A stretch of DNA of 64,000 nt from Eutreptiella sp. 'Long Island Sound 2002'. Lineage: Eukaryota; Protista; Euglenida. How positions within the stretch are numbered: position 1 is the stretch's first letter; every line of letters begins with the position of its first letter. Location of the stretch: assembly GCA_964036045.1 (NCBI GenBank), contig OZ038379.1, positions 71,114,001-71,178,000 of the forward strand, in the 5' to 3' direction. The notes beneath the pieces were generated by a model that saw only the letters and a program-made list of their open reading frames with translations, was not told the origin of the DNA and did no database searches. Shown here one piece after another: positions 25,216-37,244 of this stretch. Both the position numbers and the translations under genes were made by a program.

Positions 25216-26199
25216 GCAGTGCAGGGGTTTTCATTTTTGCCCGACTGGCTGGTGGTGTTGAAAGACACCGTAAAGGTCCACTTCCTCAGGCGTTGTCGAA
25301 GAGCTGGAAATTGGAACGTCTCGCCGAAGTCCGGGGTCGTTGCGGGGGGGCTTGCGCGGGGAGCAATGACCCAAATTGGAGCCTCTGCGGTGGGGGGGCA
25401 GACTGAGAGGCTCGCCGCTTGAGCAACAAGCCAAACTGAGGGTGGGGCACGGCCGCTTTGGGGAGGGAGCCAGTGGGAGTAGTGAGGAACGGCGGTGCCT
25501 GCTATATGGGGCAGTTTCACCTGATCACTGGTTGGAGGGGGTGGTGGCCGACCAGGAACAGGTTGTGGGGGCGGCTTGGGGATACGGGGGGGTTTTCGGG
25601 TAGCACACAGGATTTCAAGCACCACTGCTGCATGCTCCTCGTCCCTGGTTAGGAAATGCTAACGGGTAATTCGCATGCCCTCGTGCCACACCCGCAGGGG
25701 GTTTTTCTTGGGCTGCTGAACCGCAAACCGATACATCGCTGAGCGGTTCAGCACCCCACCTACGAAATACTGAAAATACTGAAACCCCATGATTCTCCCG
25801 GATGCCATGCACTGTTTTGGCACTGTAGGGCCCGTGAACAGTGGGTTTGGAGGGGGTGGGGGGGTCCTTGGGTATGTACTTGGGGGGTTGTGGGGGGGAC
25901 GGCGGTGGCACGGCAGTGCACATCAGGGTCTCCTCCACGGCTTCCAGGACTACCCGGTATGGAGTTGAGTGGGGTCTGGGCGGAGGACTTGGAGAGGTTG
26001 GTGGGCGGTTGGGTGGAGGGGGAGAGGGGGGCGGTGTGGACAATGGAGGTTGGGGCGAGGCCAGTTCGCTGAGAGACTTCTGAGCGTCGAAGTCTCACGG
26101 TGGCGACGCGGGTTGGTCTCCAAACCGCAGGAGCTCCTGCAAATCTCCCAAGCCGTCCCGGAAGGAAGGGCTTGAGGGGACAAAAGAGGCCACGCTAGG

Positions 26200-29100
26200 G
26201 GGCTAGACGACATGGCGAGCTGAAAAGAGAGGGTCACGGGTGCCAGACGCCGGCAGGCGGGCGGCGGCGTGGGGGGGGGGGGGGTGGGGGAGCACAGATG
26301 GGTTGGGGCGGGGGGCGACCGCGACTACTAGTGCTAGACACTGAGATAGTAGACCGGGCCGGCGACGGGTCCCTTTGGCTGGCAGAGGCTTGGGAGAGAT
26401 TTCTCCTTCCCCCTGATGGCATAGCACAGGACTGGGATATGTGTAGGTCAGTGCGTTCACCCTCCCCTGAGGCAGACCCATCAGACGACCCCTCAAAGGA
26501 TGAGGAGTCCGAGGACGAGGAGTCTTCCGGCACAAAGTCCTGATCCTGTGCCTCTGCCCGCCTCAGGTCCCTTCGACCCTGGTCTGATCCACTTGAAGGG
26601 CCGCCGAGGCCTTGGATTCGTCCTCCTCAACCCGCCGCTTGGGCGGCGCAGGGACACTCCCCCCCTCCTCCCCCCTGTCACCCTGCAGGGCATCCTGGAG
26701 CGCAGTGGGCATTTTTTTGCGCTTCTGCTTCCTTTCTGGCTGCGTCTACCGGGATTTTCCCTTATTGTCCCGAAAGGCCGCCTCCCGCTCCCCCAGGACA
26801 ATTAGCTCCTCCGGCCCCAAGTCCCATTGCCCGGCGCGCTCGTCAGGCCGCTGGTGGTCCGGGTGTTGCTGCTCGCAGTGGCGGCGCATGTTGTGCCGCT
26901 AATGCCCGCCGCACCCCTGGACGGGGCACTCAACAGGCAGTGCCTGCACGCCCTGCTTGCGGGCTGCCCGCATGCTGAACTTACAAAAAAACCCGCTTGC
27001 GCAAGAAAGGGGCTGCGCCGTTGGCTCCCCCCCCCCTTTACGCGACGCATACACAGCCCGGTTTGCCCGCAAAATCCATAGCAAGGGGTTTGGAGTGTCT
27101 CTGAGTGCATGTGGAACGCAATGTGAATCCGCATCCTGCCCAGCGGTACTGTCTTCCCACAACCAGGCACGCGGCACACAACCTCCCCATCCGGCCTACA
27201 AACCTTACGGCAGCGGCGTAACCCCCTCGTAGGCAACAACCTGCCTGGGCAGCAGTGGAGCTGCTTGTGTTTTGGGGGTTGGCTGCTTCGCAGAGCTATC
27301 TAGGAACCCTGCTTGCAAAACCCAGACCCCCTTTTCAAGGTCAGGGTTCACCCACTCACAGGCAATATATTCCACCTGCATCAGTTTCCCCCCCGCCCCT
27401 TCCCATACCAGTTCCCATCCCCCTTGCGAGCTCCTGATGGGAGGGGTCAGCGACACTCCGCCCCCCAATGAGTGCACAGGAAAAGCTGAGCAAAAATGGC
27501 GCACTCTGTGCCGGTTGCCCTGGCAGGTACAAAATTGCCACAAACGGGCAGCCCTTCCACTACTGAGCCGGGCGCAATGTGGGCTCCGCCCCCCCCCTTA
27601 TAGCCGGAATGCCGGCAGTCCTGGCAAGTCGGTCAGCTGACCGCCGGACATGCTTCCCGTTGATGCGCAGATTTACCCCACTCATGATATGCATGTCGCG
27701 CACCTGATACACAATTCGCCCCCCTTGAGCTTCCCAAAATAGCTCAGCGCGTGTATCCACATCGCACTGTGTGTGCCCACCCCCACTATCCCTTGGGGTC
27801 ACCCATACATCATCAGGGTCAACATGCAAAAGGCCCAGCCCGAACGGTTCGCAAAAGTTGCACTCCTTAGGGTTAGGGTACGCTGCACTAGGCCACCACA
27901 GACGGACAACGGCCGAAGCCTTGTCGGCAGCCCTATGGCACACCGAGGGCAGGTCTACCCGGTTGATGTCCATGTCCGCCGTGTAGTGGCGCGGCCGCGC
28001 GCGGTCAATGGACGAATAGCGAGACTGCTTCTGCTGCCAGGTTGAGTGGCAGCTGTAGATTGTGGCTACAACCAGTGCAGCCGACAAGCGTACTGCGAGC
28101 TCAGCCACCGAGCAGTGGCGGTCGATCACCATCGTCCTCACAAGGCATAAGCCGTCCCCTGCCCTCTCGTTGCCACACAGACATGCAAGAAATTTTTGTG
28201 CCCAACGCCCCTTTTTCGCCAGCCACTGCAAAAAGGCGGCAATCACCAGGAACCCTTGGACTGTGCGAACGAAATGCAAGTACCAGCGATCCCGGAACGG
28301 TTGGCACCCAAGCTGGATGAGATAAATGATGTATCCAGCTTTGGGGATGTTTTCCAGTGTTACCGTTGGCGGCAGCTCTGTGTTATGACCCCCCCCTATG
28401 AATTTTTCTAGTGCCGTACCCTGAACAACGGCATCGCCAGCAGCATGAACTAGAGGGGGTGGCAGGTCAAGGTTGTCGAGGGCTGCGCGGCCTATATCAG
28501 CCATGGATTTTAAGAGGCCAAACGCAGCCTGAACCTCTTGTTTGTCCTGTGGCAAGGGGGGCAAGACAGGCTTGGTGTCGTCACAATGGTTATGCAGCTC
28601 ATGCAGCACACCATAAGACAACTCTCCTTGCAAAACAAGGGAAGTTCCCCCCAACATGTGGGACACCCGTTTCATCAAGGGGGGGGGGGGGGTTCGAAGT
28701 TCCCACACATTCTGAACTCATCCGTTTGGAATGGAATGTGTGGAATCTCAGGCATCCATGAGAGGGTGCTAGCACCCTCGGCATACGGTGCCGCTTGCAT
28801 CTCACGGGACCACCGTGCGTCACCGTCCGTATCTGCGGACAGGAGAAAACCGTGGCGGTCCTGAAATGCTGCATTGCCGCAGAGCTCAGCCATGTGTTTC
28901 CGTGCAGCATGGCAATGCTCTGCCTTGAACCTGCCACAGGTGGGGATGACCCACAAAGGGATGGCAGAGTACCCCTCCTCTGTATGAGACGCCAAATACA
29001 CCACGGTTCCCTGGTTGGCGGTGTGGTATGTATTTGAATCCTGCTCCGGCCGGTGTGCCAGAGCCTCCACATCAGCGCCACTAGCCAGCGGCATGGGGTG

Positions 29101-30420
29101 CCGGCAACACGTAGCGCACAATCCGATTGCAAGTCCCTCGCGAGACACAATGATGACGTACTCCACATGGATTTCATCGATGGACAGGTGCGACACATGG
29201 CAACCCGGGATGTGACCTAGGGCCTCCAGCAGCCAAGCAGACCTGGCGGTTCGTTCGGACGAACACGGGGGGCTCCCTCGACTTGCATTCGGCCCGTGTC
29301 GTAGCTGGGCAGGTACGCAGCGTTGTTCAGTGCCTGCAACAACTTGGGCCCCCCAACGCCCACTGCTGCTAGGGCCGCAGCATCCCTGTCCTGGGCATCC
29401 CAAGATTTCACGCTCCAGGCATCGCAAAGGTGCCCCAGCACTGTGGCTGGAGCCCACCCGGCCCGCAAAAGCCGTGCTGCACGACGCCCAGCAAGCCGAC
29501 GGTTGTCCTCCGCGACGGCTACAGCGAGCGCCTTGTAAGTCTCGCAAGGCTGCCGGAACTGGTGCAGGTCCTCCTGCAATTGGCCGAGGGTCTCCTGGGC
29601 CACGTACCCCATGTCGTTAGCCTCGTTGAGGCGGCGGGATAGGACGTGGGGCCCGTGCCGGTAATGGGGCTCGGTGCCCTTTGGGTCGATGGTGGTGTTC
29701 ATCCAGCCGTTCAGCCTAGCCGGATGCTTCCCGGATAGCAAATCGAGGCACGGCAGACAGAGACCATAGCTGCTCGCTATGTCGTCCCAACGACCATCTG
29801 TGCGGCAATCCACGGCGAATAGCCCTCGGCGGTCGCAGAACTCCTAGGGCGGCTTCTCGTAGTTGCCCCGCATGACGGGGTACATCCGCCGCAGCTGCTG
29901 CAGGGTGGGCGCCTGCCTAGGGAGAACCCCGGGACACTTGCGCTCGCAAAGAGGAATCCAAGCGTCAAGGTCAGGGTCCATCTCCCTTGCATAGTCTACA
30001 TCCAGGTTTGGCACCTAGTGAATGGGCCCCAGTTCTGCTGCGGCGGCTGCAGAAGCCACGGCCAAGGTAGATGCAACCCGGACAGCCCTTGTGAGCTGCG
30101 GATGCTTGTCTACGCGGATGAGCATGCTCAGTAGGGGAGTGTCCGAGCTGATGCAGCCCTGAAAGAACTCCGGCACCACTTTGCCATACCGCACCCAGTC
30201 GGTATGCTGGGTACCCGAGCAGTGGATGCTCAATGCCTTGCTCTCTGGGTTCTGCATTATGGGCACGACCTTGCCACAGGGGCACTGCCACTTCTTTGTC
30301 GGGATGTCGCAGTTGCGCCATCCTGCGGCAACGGTGATGGGAGCCAAGGGGGGAGGGGCACGCATATCAGCCATTGTGAGGAAAGGGAAGATTGTATGGT
30401 ATCTGGAACAAAAACACGGA
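26200..30420 (-). mobile_element. P-element-superfamily-like DNA transposase pseudogene
   Basis: N-terminal CxC...H...H zinc finger (30015-30500 frame), SIDEIHVE...IGLC, YSAIPL..PTC, ADTDGDARW, NFE(P)n-LMKRV (decayed D..H..KR), DKQEVQAAF and GNERAGDGLCLVRT (third acidic residue E>G). C-terminal MRIHIAFH..PCYGFCG Cys cluster. Multiple frameshifts. Confidence 0.6.
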
Positions 30421-31360
30421 GGAGGGGAGGTCGCACTGTCCCGGAGCTCCCACAGGCCATGGGTACAACCACATTGCCCAGTTACAGTCAAGCAAAGCAC
30501 GAATCAGCACAAGCAACTATTTTGCACATGTGGAACCAGAATCAGTCCCTGACCCACCCAAACCCACTTCCGAACGGACGAAAAACGCATGAGCAAGACG
30601 CACAAGTGTGGATGGCGCCCCCTGGGGCCCCTGTTTGGGCAGTACGCCATGAAAAAAAATAGTGTACTGCCCAAATAGGGAATCTCTGGATAGCTGGATA
30701 GCTGAATGCAGCATAGCTACATTGCCAGCTCTAAGCTTCCAAGCTTAGGGAGAGGTACCCTGTTTAATGAACCGTCCACCACGACCTCCAATGCCGCAAT
30801 CACTCGGGGGCGATTAACTATGCGCCACGCAGTTTTTCAACCCCAGTAGCGGTCCCCAAAAACACCCCACCCAACCGGAAACTTTTTCAACTTTGGGTGT
30901 TTTTTTTTCGAACCGCGACACTTGTCCCCCCCCTACTGGATTGAAATTTCGCCTGCCGGGGTGATTTTTTTCATGCCCTCCCCATGCCCGCAACGTGGGG
31001 TTCACAACGGGCCATTACCTTTTGCTGTTGTAGCATGAGTCCTGCTTGGGATGGGTGCGGCTGTGGCGCTTGGGTACGGCCTGCATGTGGACCCTACAGT
31101 GGGGGAACATTCGCGCTCTCCCGACCCCCGTCTACAACCCGCGCCACGATCGATCGTGCGAGGGTGACATGGGGACGCGGGGTACGGGGTTGTCGGTGAC
31201 GAGGCCGACAAAGCCCAGCAAGGCCCCGGCCACCTCGAGTCCATCAACACCGGTGGGGGTCCCTGAGGCCGCAGAGCCACTGGAGGCTCCCTCAGCGAAC
31301 ATCCACTTCCGCGGCGCTACGGCTGCAGTTAAAGCTTAGGGCAACACGTCAATGGGCGAG

Positions 31361-31545
31361 GTATGTACCCACCTAGTTAGTCAGTTAATATTTAGGACGT
31401 CGTAGTTAATATCTGTGAGTGAATTTTTATTTTTTGCGCCGGCGGTCCAGATGTTAAAAATTGAATTAATATATGAATTGGGAGATATTAATTGCATCGC
31501 CACAAAAATTAATTTGCATGTTGCGTTTTTTTTGTGTTTATGCAG
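31361..31545 (+). other. AT-rich GT-AG intron of an unassigned degenerate gene
   Basis: GAG|GTATGT...ttttttgtgtttatgCAG|G. Contains several TTAATAT motifs. Confidence 0.6.
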
Positions 31546-32617
31546 GTGTTTGATGTCACCATCAATGCCTGCCATGCCCGCCTAGTACGTATCACTTGGC
31601 GGGACACGGAGGGCTCCCACGAGATACCTCTGGGGGCCCTCCATGGCATCTTGGCCTAGGGCCCAAGCCTGGGCCTTTCCGTGCTCCGCGGCCTGTGAGA
31701 GTGGGAGGCAGGCCGTGTGGAAGCCAACGTGTAGGACACGTCTAAGGGTTATCGGCCCAGCCAGTGGGCCAAGATGTCATAGGTAGGTAGGGCTTATCGG
31801 GGGGTGGGTGGGGGCCTGTGGGCGCGAATGGGTGAGGGGCGGGCAGAGGAAGGGGACGGGGGGGGGAATCCAGCACCACGTCCAAGTGAAACCCACCCAA
31901 GGCCACCACCAAACCCAAACCCCTAGCCCCCCTCCCCCCCTAGACCAACACCAAACCCAACCCCCCAACCCCCATAAGACCAACAACAGGTTTTATTTGG
32001 AGTCGTCCGAGGACTCACATGACGGCGCCATCCGACGGGGTGGCACCAAAAAGCAAAAAACGACCCACCCCACACCCAAGACAAAAGCCACCACAGCCCC
32101 TAAGAGCACACACAACCCCAAGCCCCCCCCCCCCCGACCCTACCCACCACCCCAACCCATGTGGGCCACGGTCACAAGGACCCAAGCATCGGGACTGGCA
32201 CCCACGTCCCCTACCCCGGGGGGGGGGGGGGGTGGAGATGGGCACCTTTCGCGGTGTCCATCGCAACAAGGTGGTGTCGTTTGGGTGGAATACCTAGGCA
32301 GCACCACCCTTCATGAGGTGGCCCACGGCCTCCTCTTCCCCAGCCTCGGAGAAGCTGAAATCTATCGGCGAGAAGCGGTGGGGGGGGATAAGAAGACAAA
32401 GACCACCACTAACCGCTCTAACCCCTAGACTAACCCCAAGTCTACCAAACCCCAGCCAGCCACCACCCAACCACCGAACCCCGTAGACAAAGAGAACAAA
32501 GAGAACAAACAAAAAGAGGCGGGTGACCCCGCAAAGGGGTTGCACGAACCGCAAGGGCCCGGAAACAGACCCATCCGGCCAGTATGGCCATAAGCAAGAC
32601 AAGAAACGGAAATTAAA

Positions 32618-32794
32618 GTATGTGGTATGTGTTCTTGTGTGTTTTCGTGCATTCGTAGGGAAGGTTAATATTTGGGTTCTTATATGTGTGAGTTAATATT
32701 AAGCCGACGCCTTTTTAACATTCAATATCTGAGATATGAATCTCAAATATTAAAGCAAATATTAACCCCGAGTACCATTTCAACATTTATGTAG
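32618..32794 (+). other. AT-rich GT-AG intron(s) of an unassigned degenerate gene
   Basis: AAA|GTATGT at 32618 and tatgTAG at 32794. Contains TTAATATT / AATATTAA motifs. Confidence 0.5.
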
Positions 32795-33299
32795 ATTTAC
32801 ACCGCTAGAACCCACCGACCAAACCGTGGGTGAAAAATGCCAACCAACGTGCAAGGCACCCCATAGGGGTGCAAATTTGCCCTACGTATCCCCCATACCC
32901 CTTGTATGCAGCGGGACAGTTAGTTAAGCTTTTGATTTCCCCTCCGAATATTAAAAATATTGCATTTAATCTAGGCCACTAGGGTGGTATTGCACCAAGG
33001 CTTTCAGTACCTATGGTGCTACGAAGCGGTGTGGGGCAGGTTTGCAAAGGGCGTGCAGTGGTGCTGCTGCAAGGTTTCCCACATCATTTGGGATGTGCCA
33101 CCTAGCCCGGACACCTAAGGTAGCATTGCGGCCGGCGGTAAGGGCAAGGCCCGGGCCTATCTTGTGTGGAAACTCCAGTACAGTGTGCCCCAACCAACCA
33201 CACCGTCCCAATTCTCAACATGTGGCAGTAAGCAGGTAAAGGCTCGTTGCGGCTAACAGGGCAGGACAAAGCGTGGTAGGAGTGGCATCCGGCCCTCAA

Positions 33300-36200
33300 A
33301 ACCTTGTTGTGGGCAAAGGTGGGGGAGTTGGCCGGCCTCACCCTACCTACGTCGCTATGGGGTGGCCTAATGCGGGTTGTGCATTGCTCATTGCGGTTCT
33401 TGCACTGTTGGTCTTAATGTCTCAAGTCGGAGCCCCCCTACCTCCTTGTGTTTGTGGATCATGTCTTTCCCTTTGCATGTGGGAAGTAGGACTTGGTCCC
33501 GTTGATCGTGGATGACATGTGCCGGGCCTATGACCACGGAGACCATGGCCGGGTGCCACCCTTGTTGTTGAGTAGGGGCCATGTGGTACCTTATGGGCTC
33601 GCGGTGTGCTACCTGTGGTCGGCTTGGGAGGGGGGGGGGTGGGCTGCGGCGTGCTGTGTGCCCCTTTTTCGTGAGCCAGAGGACAATGCATTTCGGTCGG
33701 AGCGTCGCCTGTGGGTGGCGGCTAAGGCCTCTGGTGCGGCCCGCCGGCTGCCTCCAGAGGCCCGTTGAGCGGATACGAGTTGTGGCTCTTTTGCTTCAAG
33801 GCGGGCCCGCGAGAACATCTCGTGAGGGGACCGCCGAACATGGAGCCACTACAGGTGACCACGGCCAACGCGCCTTGGCTCTGCCCAACACAAGGTCCCG
33901 CGCCAACAACCTACCTCCTCTACGCGAAGCCGGACGTCTTCCATTTGCAGAAGGTGGGCTTGGCTTTCACCCCAACTTGGCTCGGTAGCTTGCCATACGC
34001 CGTGAAGGTGGGGCCGATGTTCGCGAGCAGCAACTTGGCCACCCTTCTCCACAAGTGTTTCGCCTCTAAGTACCAAGTCCAAGCCACCCTGTAGGAACAT
34101 TCCCTATGCGTGAAGGTGGAGCGCACAGAGGGCGTGTCGCCCCCCGTCGATGCTAGTAGTTCGTCAACAAGCAGTGGTGGGTGATGTGGTGGCTTGAACG
34201 TGGGGGGGCCGGTGTCCAGTCGCTAGTAGGGGAGCTTAATGTGGCCCAAGACCCACAAGGGGCGGATGGCTCTCAGAGGCCTTGGGCCGGTGAGCCGGGT
34301 GTGCAGTCAGTACCCACTTGGGTAGCCCACCAACGTGGTGTGCTGGGTGGACCACCATACTCGTAACCCCGTACATCCCATACTGGAGGGTAAAGTGCCA
34401 GCTCGGCTCCGGGCCCAGTACCCACATCTTGCAGGAGCGAACCACCATTGTTGCCGGTTCCAATATGCACCTCTATCCCCGCAGCAGCAGGCCCTGCAAC
34501 TCCCGCACAGCCCTGATGGCGGGCTGGCCACGCCCACTTGCCCCGTGTGCAGCATGTGGACCGCGTTGCACCGCCTAGTGTGAGCCCAATGGTACTCATG
34601 GCACTTGGTGGACAATGGTGTCCTCCTAGCAGCCAAGCTTGGATCGTGCAGGTGGCGCCACCAGAGCAGCCCCATCCACGCTTGTTGGCATGTACAGTAG
34701 CACAACACGTAAGCAACCCTGCTGCAAGTGAGCGAATCCAAGGTGCACCTACCGCCAAGTTCCAGGTCGTCACGGAGGTGTGTCAGAATGTCTTGCACTT
34801 TCTCGACACATTGAACAACATCCAAGGGGAGACTCTACACCAAGCCCAAGCATTGCACTACGTGCGTATGGGCCACTCGCAGCTGGTGGTGCTTGCCAGC
34901 CCCATCCGACAGATGGACAATCCACATTTTGCTTTGCAGGTGCGGGGGGCGCTGGCACAACCGCTCGAGCTCCTCCATGGTACCACAGGATGTCGTGCCC
35001 AACTTGGTGCTCGCCGTCAGCAAGCGCTTGCCTACATTGTCGTGCGTAAAGCTTTTTTGTCCGCTGGGGAGCCCCCCGGTTTACCCCTAGGGTCGGACTA
35101 CATGCCAATAGATTACCCGCATGTGGCACAATACACGCTCCTCTGAAAATGGAAGCGGCCGTAGTCGCCAACATGCATGTCAGGTCTGCCATCTGCTACA
35201 TCAACAATGACCAAGTATGATTTTCATCGTTCCGCATGCTTTCCGGACGGTGCCTACCAATAAAGGGGCGATATCTGCACTGCGCGCGCACCACGCACTA
35301 CTTTTCCAATGTGTTTATTGGTAAGGGGCTGGCTTTCGACACAACTCCCAAAATGCCGCCCAAAAACAGATAACCCTTGGGTACCACCCGCCGGGGCTGA
35401 GCTTCAAGGGGGGATCTACAAAGAGCAAGAAGGGGCACTTGTATAGCACCTCGTCTTGCACGATCCGGCGCTCAAAGCATGGACGATTTGATGGAACAAC
35501 TTAGTGCAGTAGTTCAAGTCAAGAGTATCACGGCCTAGGCTCAAAACCCCAAGGGAAGGGCCCCTCGGGGTAGAAGGTGCGGCTGCTTGGTCAGTGCAGG
35601 CCGCTCAATCACCGTTGCACGGTAGGTGCTTCCCCAAATGGTGTCTCCATCCCCCAAATCGGCCACCACAACACCGCCTTGAAGACATTGAAGCATGGCA
35701 GGTTCCAACAATTCACATGCACCCATCGACCTGTAAGATTTGCATGGTGGAAGAAAATGCAACCATGCACCGGCTGCCAATTGCCGTGCCACTGAGCCTA
35801 CGTATCCCTTTGCCCAATGCGGCAAAGGGGGAAGGGTAGACAACAATGCCATGCACACACTGAGAATGGGTGTGTCCACAAGGTCCTGCCTAGTAGTGGT
35901 GAGCCTTCCACGAAACCATGCTCGCTCAACAACAGCCTGCACAAGATAGCACGTTCGCAATAGTGCAAGGCCAAGCCACACATTAAACAACCCCGCTTCC
36001 TGCCTTTCTAGGGCCCAGGCCTCCCACAACTTGGACAATTGCACATTGGCATAGTGCTTCACAAGGTGGTCCTTAAGATGTCCCCACTCTGAGAAGGCAC
36101 GGTGGGCATGCACATGTGCCAAAGCAAGCTCGGCTTCGTGTGAACACATGAAACGCCGCAACTCGTCTACACCGTATGTAGCACGCTAACTAATTGGAAG

Positions 36201-36900
36201 GGCAAGAAAGTGGCCATGGTCCAACAAGACTGCACACTCAAGCACACCTCTTGGGTCACTGGCTGTGTATCACTCCTACAAACCAGCAAACAACACATGG
36301 CTTATCGCACGCGCCTCATAGCCATGAAACAAGGGGTTTTCGGACACACTTTTGGCCATCGGCGTCGAAGCTGACCGACTGCATAGCGTGCCATGCGGCT
36401 GCCACTGCTTGCTCGTTGAACTGTCACTAGCCCATACCCTCCTCTCGGGCTATCTTTTGCGCCAGCGCATGCAACATGTGTGTTGCAGTGGCAAGATGTT
36501 CACGAGTGGGCGCATGCAACTGCGCCACATCGTTAAAACACATGATATCGCCGTACACCAACCCCCGTGCCATTAAAGGGGCATCATCACAAACACATCC
36601 TCCTCCTTCGTGGAATGCCGCAATTTGGAATCCAAATGTCGCACAACCGAACCGACATTGAGCAACAAAGCAATGTTGCAGCGCGGATTTGTGTGAGAGG
36701 AGCGGATGCGGTGACTTGCAAGGATCGTTTGCAGTCCACTGTGTGTATGGGGTTCTCCGTGACCGTGAAAATCATTTTGCAAGTCCCTCTTGCCATGCTC
36801 TTCTGTGCAATACATGTTGCCGATACACGTCGCCGGGTTACTCAAGAGGTGTTGGGCCTACAATGCATGCCCATGCTTGCGCTACAAAAAATAGCATGGC
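33300..36900 (-). mobile_element. Decayed non-LTR retrotransposon (RT, Cys-rich region, possible RNase H)
   Basis: RGAIQ-(fs)-CPFLLFVDP (QGCPLSP-like, ~35410-35453), YLFLGGIL (YxDD-like with DD>GG, ~35350-35373) and LGV (~35080). Downstream HW..RRC..LCGSC and SYFPHAKGK (~33470). All motifs are degenerate. Confidence 0.4.
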
Positions 36901-37244
36901 TTGCTCAATAGCAACAACAAGCTGCCAACCACGGCAGACACGTTGCTCTCAATTGTGGACATGTCAACACCTTATCGCGCAGTAGCAACACAGACACAAC
37001 GGTTGGAAGCCCCATCTGCTATCAATGTCACCACCTTCCCAGCCCACCAATCGCGGTCAAGAATCTATGTCAATCTCACGGAGTTGACCTTAGTTGTGGC
37101 CTCCTTCGCATCACCAGAGGCCACGTCAACCAACCCAACGAGCACTACACACATGCTTGTAGGGCTAATCCCATGAAAAATGAGTAGGATGGCACACTCA
37201 TTGATATGATGCCATTGTGTATGTGAGCCATCAAGCAAGAGTGC

